Origin: Methanobacteriota archaeon
GTDB taxonomy: Archaea > Thermoplasmatota > Poseidoniia > Poseidoniales > Poseidoniaceae
Direction: 5' to 3'
Length of the DNA stretch: 13,677 nt
Assembly: GCA_018650165.1 (NCBI GenBank)
Contig: JABIGM010000013.1
Span: forward strand, 1 to 13,677
Of the stretch, positions 1 through 6,764 are shown piece after piece. The notes below the pieces were generated by a model. It was not told the DNA's origin, did no database searches, and worked only from the letters and a program-made list of their open reading frames with translations. A program made the position numbers and the translations under genes. Within the stretch, counting starts at the first letter, position 1. The number at the start of each line of letters is the position of its first letter.

Positions 1-1081
1 CTTCAAATGTATAACAACCATCGATATCGTAAAAGTCACTACGCTCTAAGTCTGCTCCGTTATCTAAAGTAACCCAGTCGAAGTTAAACTGACCCGCTCC
101 ATTCTCTCCAATCCCTTCATCTACGTTTATTTCATCGTAGGTATGCCGAATATCAAAGCCAAGTTTCACTACGACAGTTGCAGACCAATCAGTGGCCATT
201 GGTTGGGGAGAAGTTCCTGTGAAGTAGTTATTTGCAAAATCATAAGACGCATCTGGATTACCCATTCCAACAATCATTTCAACAGTAATACCAGTGTATT
301 CTTTTGAAGATTGGTCCTCCCCTTGGCCCGGAGGAATTATTTCGAAAACTTCGGTTACCTTAACAAATGCAGTATCTGCTTCTCTGTTCATAATAGTGTC
401 AAAGGTCATTGAATCTTCAAACCCATCTGAAATTACTTTGATCTCATATTCAACCAAAGTGTCCCCATTCATATCCTCGGCATTGCCCTTCCAGAAATCA
501 TCTAAATCAACAGAATGACTTCCCTTATCAATGCTAATTGTAGCGTCATGTGAATATTCAACCTTACCATCAACTAATACTTCGATCGTGTAATCCATTC
601 CTTTTGGACCATAGAAGTCAAGATCGATTTCGTTATCTTCGCCGTCGAATTCAATATTTGCAATTGTTACCCCACTATCGGTTGCATTGAATATAGCAAC
701 GCCTGCAAACACGCCAGTTATAATTAGAAACGCTACGGCACTTGCACCTAATTTCATTGTATCAAATTCTTTGACCATTAACTCCTTACCATTGAAAGCA
801 GCCCAACATAATAGAACACCTGGTACTAATAAATCATCAAGTGTAATCCCAGCGAAGAGTACTAAATTATCAACAAAGAATACCAATATCATTGTAACGA
901 GAAAACCTACAATTGCACCTAGTTGGAATTTTAATTTTGTAGAATCCAAACCATTGCCAGACTCAGATTCCAGACCATCGGCCCATACTACATCGGTTTC
1001 GATGTCCTTTTTGTTTGCAGAATCTTCTTTTTCTGCACTTGCCTTTACTGTTTCGTTTGCTTTGTCTAGAAGTCCACTCAT
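1..1081 (-). CDS. Hypothetical membrane protein, partial (3' end beyond left edge): charged N-terminal tail, about 3 TM helices, acidic beta-rich external domain
   Basis: Manual translation: ATG at 1081-1079, 360 codons without a stop to the edge (MSGLLDKANETVKAS...FQLGAIVGFLVTMILVFFV...LGASAVAFLIITGVFAGVAIF...DIDGCYTFE). GGTGA RBS at 1091-1087. Not in the ORF track because it has no stop in the window. Confidence 0.88.
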   Translation of the reverse strand, partial: MSGLLDKANETVKASAEKEDSANKKDIETDVVWADGLESESGNGLDSTKLKFQLGAIVGFLVTMILVFFVDNLVLFAGITLDDLLVPGVLLCWAAFNGKELMVKEFDTMKLGASAVAFLIITGVFAGVAIFNATDSGVTIANIEFDGEDNEIDLDFYGPKGMDYTIEVLVDGKVEYSHDATISIDKGSHSVDLDDFWKGNAEDMNGDTLVEYEIKVISDGFEDSMTFDTIMNREADTAFVKVTEVFEIIPPGQGEDQSSKEYTGITVEMIVGMGNPDASYDFANNYFTGTSPQPMATDWSATVVVKLGFDIRHTYDEINVDEGIGENGAGQFNFDWVTLDNGADLERSDFYDIDGCYTFE

Positions 1082-1179
1082 TCAAATCACCTAAGCGCTA
1101 ACAATAACTCACGCACAGCGATTCGTTATCAATACAACCCCTACTCGGGCTAGTACTAGTATCAATTGGTTAGTAGATT

Positions 1180-2127
1180 TTACAGACCGGGTGCTGATTC
1201 TCGCCATTCGGCCTCGTCATCATCATCATCCATATTGCGTCTTGCAATAACTGCTGCTGCCATTCCAAGCATAGCTAGTGAAGGGATTATTTCGAAGCCA
1301 GGTAGGTAGACACCACGTACGTAGATAGTAACCATCTGAGTCATGAAGTTACATCCGCTAGTCTCGTATCTACACGAGAATTCAGAAATTGCTTCGAACT
1401 CTAGAGTGTGGTATTCATCAGTCCATCCCTGATTCTTTGGGGTTCTGATTAGTACACGGACTTTCGTAGGAGCTGCCATTCCTTCGATTTCAACAGACAC
1501 TAGTGGGATCGATATCTGGAATCCCTTCTCTTCCAGTTTGTCACGTGAGTCATCAGTGACGCCTACTTTGAACTTATCAGCCCAGTTACCTTGATTGTAA
1601 ACCTTGAACTCGAAGTTGTGGTCAGTCTTAGGTGACAATTGAATGAAAGGCTCTGTTGCTTCAACCTGTAAGCGGCTAAACTGAAGAATGTTGATAATCA
1701 TCTGAACCTGAGATTCTGCAATGTTTGGCGGAGGCAAACCGTTTGCTTCGACAACAGTAGCGGTAACGATTAGATTACGCCCAGACATTGTCATGCGCTG
1801 GTCTGCTCTAACTGTGGTTTGGAATTCTGATTCAGCATTCGGTCCAAGAGAGATGGTACCTGGTGCTGCAACTACCAGTCCATCGGCAGAAACTTGAATT
1901 TGAATTCTTTCTGCGTATGAGTTAGTGTTAGTTACCTTACAATTTGCAAATCCAGTTAATGTAGCGCCGGGATATACAGGTACGTCTACCGCACCGCTTG
2001 GGTTCGGTGAAAGACACTGTAAATCAACTGCAGGAACAGAGACCTGAGCCGCTGCCGGAGTTGCAATTACGAGGGTGCTCGCCATGTATACAGCGAGGAG
2101 GAACAAAGAGCGACGTAGAGCCTTCAT
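1180..2127 (-). CDS. Secreted cell-surface protein (315 aa) with signal peptide, probable Ig-like/CARDB-like beta-sandwich repeats and PGF-CTERM-like C-terminal anchor
   Basis: Start reassigned to ATG 2127 (MKALRRSLFLLAVYMASTLVIATPAAA|QV: basic N-region, hydrophobic core, AAA cleavage site) with GGTGAT RBS at 2136-2131. NxG-type motifs (VTNTNSYAERIQI; VYNQGNWADKFKV). C-terminus LPGFEIIPSLAMLGMAAAVIARR. From memory it resembles choice-of-anchor T proteins; unverified. Confidence 0.8.
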   Translation of the reverse strand: MKALRRSLFLLAVYMASTLVIATPAAAQVSVPAVDLQCLSPNPSGAVDVPVYPGATLTGFANCKVTNTNSYAERIQIQVSADGLVVAAPGTISLGPNAESEFQTTVRADQRMTMSGRNLIVTATVVEANGLPPPNIAESQVQMIINILQFSRLQVEATEPFIQLSPKTDHNFEFKVYNQGNWADKFKVGVTDDSRDKLEEKGFQISIPLVSVEIEGMAAPTKVRVLIRTPKNQGWTDEYHTLEFEAISEFSCRYETSGCNFMTQMVTIYVRGVYLPGFEIIPSLAMLGMAAAVIARRNMDDDDDEAEWRESAPGL

Positions 2128-2222
2128 AATATCACCTATGCACAACCCACCTTCTCGACCCTCATAACCATTTTGGGAACTTGCCTTGTCTAAAAGGGAA
2201 ACTGTGTTGCTTTTCACTCGCG

Positions 2223-2271
2223 GGCACATGTTGATATGCCTATCCCCTATCGAAGGAACATCAGAGGGATA
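2223..2271 (+). promoter_or_regulatory. Putative sodN promoter region: TTGATA box (2231-2236) within an imperfect dyad, plus a TATCCC/GGGATA inverted pair overlapping the RBS
   Basis: GGCACAT-gttg-ATATGCC at 2223-2240 (6/7 match); TATCCC 2241-2246 and GGGATA 2266-2271; GAGGG RBS-like tract just upstream of ATG 2275. Confidence 0.3.
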
Positions 2272-2274
2272 TTG

Positions 2275-2721
2275 ATGAGTGAAGAAATAACCATTGAAGC
2301 AGAAGCACATTGTGACGGGCCATGTGGTGTTTACGACCCTGCAAGCGCACGAATTGCAGGCGAAGCAGTACAATCGATGACTAACAAAATGCTGGCTCTT
2401 AGTTGCCCATCTACCGATGATGGAACTGCAATGGCGGCATACCTAAACACAATGTCGCGCTATGCAGCAATAAAGGAAGAAGAAGCACAGAAATGTAAGG
2501 ATGAATTACTAGTTCTTTGGACTGATTTCTTCAAGCCACAGCACCTAGAAGGCAATCCGGACCTTCACAATACATTCTGGCAGGCAGCAAAATTGTGCTC
2601 GGCGTGCAAGGTTGAAGTCTCTGCTGTACACGCTCAAGAATTGATGGATGCAATCGAAGCAATTCACTCAATGTTCTGGGGCGTAAAGGGCCGTGAAATT
2701 TCATGGATCCGCGCATCTTGA
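2275..2721 (+). CDS. sodN: Nickel-containing superoxide dismutase precursor (148 aa)
   Basis: Nickel-hook HCDGPCGVYDP after an 11-aa propeptide (MSEEITIEAEA|H, His at 2308). Conserved SodN motifs IKEE, LLVLWTDFFKP, FWQAAKLCSACK, IHSMFW. ATG 2275 preferred over 2236. Confidence 0.97.
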   Translation: MSEEITIEAEAHCDGPCGVYDPASARIAGEAVQSMTNKMLALSCPSTDDGTAMAAYLNTMSRYAAIKEEEAQKCKDELLVLWTDFFKPQHLEGNPDLHNTFWQAAKLCSACKVEVSAVHAQELMDAIEAIHSMFWGVKGREISWIRAS

Positions 2722-3002
2722 AAGTGATTGTAAAAGGCGACTCGATGTGGCCGACACTGAATGATGGTGATTTGGTCAAGTGTATCGAATATACCGGCCA
2801 GAATGTATCTCCAAATTTATTAGTTGTATTTTCTCATCCACTGAAAAAATTAGTAACTTGCGTAAAACGTGTATCCCGTATAGATGGAAACCGATTATTC
2901 GTCGAAGGTGACAATCCGGACCCAACTGCTAGTGATGATTCACATAACTTCGGATGGATTAGTAATTCTGACCTAATTGCAATCGAACTACTGCAGGGCT
3001 AA
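2703..3002 (+). CDS. sodX: Nickel-type SOD maturation protease (S24/S26 peptidase fold)
   Basis: Ser-Lys dyad motifs KGDSMWPTL and VKRV, plus GDN...SDDSHNFG typical of SodX; overlaps the sodN 3' end. Alternative start TTG 2718 would give a 4-nt TTGA overlap with the sodN stop. Confidence 0.92.
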   Translation: MDPRILKVIVKGDSMWPTLNDGDLVKCIEYTGQNVSPNLLVVFSHPLKKLVTCVKRVSRIDGNRLFVEGDNPDPTASDDSHNFGWISNSDLIAIELLQG

Positions 3003-3005
3003 AAG

Positions 3006-3078
3006 TGGACCCGGAGGGACTTGAACCCACGACCGCCCGGTTATGAGCCGGGAGCTCCACCAACTAAGCTACAGGTCC
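3006..3078 (-). tRNA. tRNA with CAU anticodon, most likely tRNA-Ile2 (C34 modified to agmatidine); intronless, CCA not encoded
   Basis: Reverse complement GGACCTGTAGCTTAGTTGGTGGAGCTCCCGGCTCATAACCGGGCGGTCGTGGGTTCAAGTCCCTCCGGGTCCA folds as a 73-nt cloverleaf; anticodon arm CCCGG-CTCATAA-CCGGG. G1-C72/G2-C71 and this arm match archaeal Ile2 as I recall it, not initiator Met (A1-U72, GGG/CCC arm) or elongator Met (GCC start). tRNA call is near certain; Ile2 identity about 0.8. Confidence 0.95.
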
Positions 3079-3091
3079 GTAGCAATCACTC

Positions 3092-4381
3092 TCAGAAAGA
3101 TGAGAGACTTGATTGTGACGGTTTAATCACTTCTCGTGCAACCTGCTCACATTCATCTCTTACTCCTTCTGGAATAAATATCAAAGCCTGTTCAGAAGTT
3201 TGTACTAGGCTTTGAATTAGAGGTGAGTGCTCGACGACATCCCTTCCGTCTTCGAGTTTTATGCCTTGGCTGTAGGGCATGTATCCTTTCTTACGGATAC
3301 TTGCAGTGATTATGTCACTACTTGAGAATCCTGAATTTTCAAGAATGGGGAGTATTTTCGGAATTACAACGGAACTCATTTCAGTAGTTAGTTCACCAAT
3401 TCGAATTGATTTGTGATAATCACGGCGTGATACAAGACGATTGGCGTATCCTGAAAGTGTTGGGTCCGAATGGTCGGCCCAATCCATCAAAACACCATTG
3501 ATATCGGCATCGGTAAGGCGAACATATTGCTTAACAGTTAATTCCGTATTGCACAACATATTGTTGAGTGATTCACTCAGAGTTAACTCCCCAACAATTG
3601 CTAATTCTTTCGCACGTGAAAGGACCCTTACCAAGTATTCCTGCGTTAGTTGGTTTACCTTGTGGAAATAGACCTGATTGTAAAGGTGGTATCGAGTTAC
3701 TAAGTATGCTTCAATCGCAGGTAGGCCCCAATCTTTTGCATAGAGTTGGCCCGAATCATTAACTCGAAGAGCACGGATCACACGTGCTGAATCGAAACCA
3801 CCGATTTGTGCCCCTGAGTTCGCTTGGTCTCTAATCATGTAATCCATGCGATCAACATCCAGTTGGCTACTGATAATTTCTTTTAGGAATGGTGCGATTG
3901 GTTTTCCACCGAATTCTGTTTCACCAGCATACATTGCAAACAATCTACCTGTCCTTTCATCACCAAGAACCTCTCGAATTGCGACTCCAATGTCTGTTTC
4001 TTCAGATTCGAGCATCATTCTACCCCAATCTTCGTGGCTATGGAAATTAGCAAACACTTTGTCAGTCTCTAACAAATGTGAAAATGGAGGATGACCAATA
4101 TCGTGTAGTAGTGCCGCTATGGCCACTAGTTCCGAATCTTCATCTGAAATAATCCCTGGCTGGACTTCAGAAAGGTGTTCACAAAGTACTGTTGCCAAAT
4201 GGTACGCTCCAAGACTGTGTGCGAATCTATTGTGAGTTGCTGCAGGGAAGACGTAATGGCATGTCGCAAGTTGCTGAATGTTACGCAGTCGCTGGAATTC
4301 CCGAGTGTCGATTAGACGAGCAATGCGAGCCGGAACGAAAATGTCGCGATGAATCTCATCACGTATCACACGGTCCCTCAT
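3092..4381 (-). CDS. HD-domain phosphohydrolase, SAMHD1-like dNTP triphosphohydrolase family (COG1078-type), 429 aa
   Basis: Motifs RDEIH, FQRLRNIQQL, VFPAATHNRFAHSLG, ALLHDIGHPPFSH, HE, SSQLDVDRMDY..RD, RYHLYNQVYFHK. ATG 4381 preferred over TTG 4408. Substrate not determinable from sequence. Confidence 0.92.
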   Translation of the reverse strand: MRDRVIRDEIHRDIFVPARIARLIDTREFQRLRNIQQLATCHYVFPAATHNRFAHSLGAYHLATVLCEHLSEVQPGIISDEDSELVAIAALLHDIGHPPFSHLLETDKVFANFHSHEDWGRMMLESEETDIGVAIREVLGDERTGRLFAMYAGETEFGGKPIAPFLKEIISSQLDVDRMDYMIRDQANSGAQIGGFDSARVIRALRVNDSGQLYAKDWGLPAIEAYLVTRYHLYNQVYFHKVNQLTQEYLVRVLSRAKELAIVGELTLSESLNNMLCNTELTVKQYVRLTDADINGVLMDWADHSDPTLSGYANRLVSRRDYHKSIRIGELTTEMSSVVIPKILPILENSGFSSSDIITASIRKKGYMPYSQGIKLEDGRDVVEHSPLIQSLVQTSEQALIFIPEGVRDECEQVAREVIKPSQSSLSSF

Positions 4382-4456
4382 GTTGTGGCCTTTCACATCT
4401 AATATCAAGTCCTTTCCCTACGCAAGTGATAATGAATTGAATGCTCTGGACAGGGT
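4382..4456. promoter_or_regulatory. 75-bp divergent promoter region with back-to-back TATA-like boxes
   Basis: TTGATA on minus (4408-4403, 22-27 nt before ATG 4381) and GTGATAAT on plus (4426-4433, 24-31 nt before ATG 4457). Spacing fits archaeal leaderless or short-leader transcripts. Confidence 0.4.
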
Positions 4457-6751
4457 ATGACCGAGAAATCTGAAACCCCATTGAAAATTTTTTCGATTTC
4501 GGCACTAGCACTAAGTTTGCTCAATCTTTTTGGCTTCCTAGGGTGGCTAAATTTCCTCTGTAGTTCAGATAACTGCACCGCTGAAGCCACACGAATTAAC
4601 TGGTTCAGCATATTCAATATTGGTAATGAATTCGGATGGTCCACACCTTATCCAGTAATTGGAGTTCCAGATTTTATAGCGATAAATGCAAGCATTATAC
4701 TAGTCATTTTTGTATTCAAAGAAAATTGGATGGGTTATTTCAGTCTAAATGTACCAAAGAGTTCGTCGCCGACAAAGGAAGAGGTCCCAATCGCAATCAC
4801 TGAGCCCGAAGTTGTATTGTCATTCACTAAACTGTATAATGAGAATACTGTATCTGAATTGAAGAGTCTGCTTAAAGAGAAAAATCAAAAGATTTCTGGA
4901 AATAAGAATACACTTCTAGAACGAGCTATCGAATGTGGATGTTTTTCACCAGATACGGCGGTTGAAGTTTCGGGACAAGATGAGAATATAACTTCGGAAA
5001 GCCTTGATGTTGACGCTGTATTTGGAACATATGATGCTAACTCCGATGGTAGAATTGAGCACAGTGAGTATGTCGCAGTCCACAAGTCCGAAGTGAAAAG
5101 CGGCGGTTTTTCTGGTTTTGTAGATCGACTACTTGACGACAGTCCTGAACTTAGAGGCCAGCGCTTATGGGTCATGTTTGCACTATCGGTGCTATTGGTA
5201 GCTGCAATGAACGCCTATGCAATGGTTCGTGAACCAGAGGTTATTAAAATTGAAAATCTGGTCGAGCATAACAATGAGGTTGTCTCGGTTGAAGGAGTAG
5301 TTCTTTCATGGGTAGAAGACCCTTATTCCTCTGGTGAAGACCGTGTCAACATTATCATCGAAGACGAAACGGGTGTAGCACAATTACGCTGGTACAGATT
5401 TGGAGAAATTCCTATGATCGGTACAAAGGTCACAGCCACCGGTGATGTAATTGAGTATAATGGAAGAATTTGGCTACAGGCTCTTGGAAATGGGGCTCTT
5501 TCATGGGATGAGTCCGATGTCCCTGAAGCGCCATTAATCGGCATTTCGACCATTGCTGCAAATCCTGAACATTTTGTTGGAGAGGCATTTACGATTACAG
5601 GATATATTTCAAAACCGGTTAACCCAAATGCAACATTTACATCACTCGATTTACGTGATCACCCCACTTATGGAAACCACGAACACCAAATGAATATGAT
5701 AATCCATTCTGCACCTGGCCGATGGCTAGAGGCTGGACAAAAGGTTGAGGTTACCGCTGTAATTGAATATAGCCAAAAATTCTTACAGTGGACTATTCAT
5801 ACTGAAGGTCCCGAAATTAGAACAGTAGGTTCTAACATCCCTGAACCTACTACTATTGGGTGGTCAAATTATCAAACATGGTCGTATAATAAGGGCGCTA
5901 GAGTACTACTAGATGGTGAAATTTCTGGTGAGGAAATAATAGAATCTGGTGGAGAATTAAGAGCATGTATACAAAATGCAGGTGATGTTTCAGAATTTGA
6001 AGGGGACGAGGTTTCCTTTAGTGGAAGGCTAATTTGGTCGACATCATATGCGGGATGGTGTATTGATGCTTCCAATTCTGAAGATGTAGAACTGATTGAT
6101 GTATCGGATGCCGAAAATATTCTAGGACAACTTGCAAGTAATCCTGCCAGCACTTTGGAGCATATTGCGGATGGAACAAATTTCTTGGTCACCGGAGTAG
6201 TATCAGGTGCAACGCTAATGAGTGAAACGGGTGATACAAAAATTATCATTGCGGATGCTGTATATCCCAATACATTAGCAAAAATGGACGCATATATTCC
6301 TGTTGGCCAGCACTTCGGATGGCTAGAAGAAGGCCAACCAATTGTAGTTAATCTAACTGTAACCTGGAACTCGGTTAATTCCGAATTCCAATTAATGGTT
6401 GCCGATATGGTCCTTACTGGAGAGCCAACAGATGCTAATCCGTATGACCTTGGAGACGGTGCACCCGAATTTTATGATCTCAATAAAATAACTAGTATCG
6501 TTGGTAATTTTGTGACGATTGAGGGCCAAACTTACCTACAGAAAGAAGGAGGGGAACAAAAAATAAAGATTAATGCAAAGTCTAGTTCAATTGGCCTTAA
6601 TGAATATCATGAAGGACTAACTTTGAAGTGGACTGGGCGACTAATTGAAGTTCCCGATGATATTACACTTGCACACCACTATGTCCTCGATGAAGCAGAT
6701 GTTGCTGATGTAAATGGCAACGGTATCGCTGATGATGCCGAGGACAATTGA
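4457..6751 (+). CDS. Membrane protein (764 aa): 2 TM, SAP domain, EF-hand, TM, about 5 OB-fold-like repeats
   Basis: SAP-like YNENTVSELKSLLKEKNQKISGNKNTLLERAIE (4835-4933); canonical EF loop DANSDGRIEHSE (5033-5068); TM LWVMFALSVLLVAAMNAYAMV (from 5165); OB1 IKIENLVEHNNEVVSVEGVV...IIIEDETGVAQLRW...GTKVTATGDVIEYNGRIWLQ; four further repeats with the same V-x-G-x-V opening and G-x-x-V-x-V-x-G-type strand. Confidence 0.8.
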   Translation: MTEKSETPLKIFSISALALSLLNLFGFLGWLNFLCSSDNCTAEATRINWFSIFNIGNEFGWSTPYPVIGVPDFIAINASIILVIFVFKENWMGYFSLNVPKSSSPTKEEVPIAITEPEVVLSFTKLYNENTVSELKSLLKEKNQKISGNKNTLLERAIECGCFSPDTAVEVSGQDENITSESLDVDAVFGTYDANSDGRIEHSEYVAVHKSEVKSGGFSGFVDRLLDDSPELRGQRLWVMFALSVLLVAAMNAYAMVREPEVIKIENLVEHNNEVVSVEGVVLSWVEDPYSSGEDRVNIIIEDETGVAQLRWYRFGEIPMIGTKVTATGDVIEYNGRIWLQALGNGALSWDESDVPEAPLIGISTIAANPEHFVGEAFTITGYISKPVNPNATFTSLDLRDHPTYGNHEHQMNMIIHSAPGRWLEAGQKVEVTAVIEYSQKFLQWTIHTEGPEIRTVGSNIPEPTTIGWSNYQTWSYNKGARVLLDGEISGEEIIESGGELRACIQNAGDVSEFEGDEVSFSGRLIWSTSYAGWCIDASNSEDVELIDVSDAENILGQLASNPASTLEHIADGTNFLVTGVVSGATLMSETGDTKIIIADAVYPNTLAKMDAYIPVGQHFGWLEEGQPIVVNLTVTWNSVNSEFQLMVADMVLTGEPTDANPYDLGDGAPEFYDLNKITSIVGNFVTIEGQTYLQKEGGEQKIKINAKSSSIGLNEYHEGLTLKWTGRLIEVPDDITLAHHYVLDEADVADVNGNGIADDAEDN

Positions 6752-6764
6752 GTGAGGGATTATC

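Noticed and set aside
294-1094. Plus-strand ORFs 294-518 and 687-1094
   Set aside because: Antisense shadows of the longer minus-strand gene, which has an RBS and coherent membrane topology.
2165-2185. GGGAACTTG resembling GGGACTTG of the tRNA 3' half (possible att remnant)
   Set aside because: Too short and imperfect to exceed chance; no integrase nearby.
2128-2373. Cys-rich N-terminal extension (CFACNSCAC) of ORF 1180-2373
   Set aside because: Overlaps sodN antisense and the divergent promoter; the signal peptide and GGTGAT RBS fix the start at 2127.
3006-3078. Assignment as tRNA-Met from the CAU anticodon
   Set aside because: Lacks initiator features (A1-U72, three G-C pairs in the anticodon stem) and matches the archaeal Ile2 acceptor and anticodon arms better.
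3083-3115. Bulge-helix-bulge splicing motif in the tRNA leader hairpin
   Set aside because: Only one 3-nt bulge and a 6-bp helix; BHB needs two bulges on opposite strands around 4 bp.
3092-4381. Antiviral dGTPase or defence-island interpretation
   Set aside because: Motifs fit the widespread COG1078-type HD family, and no defence or mobile genes flank it.
4937-5020. GCFSPDTAVEV...ITSESLDVDAV resembling the N-terminal block A of an intein/Hint domain
   Set aside because: No block B TxxH at the expected spacing and no C-terminal HN; an EF-hand and TM helix follow at once. Coincidence or at most a remnant; a Hint HMM search would settle it.
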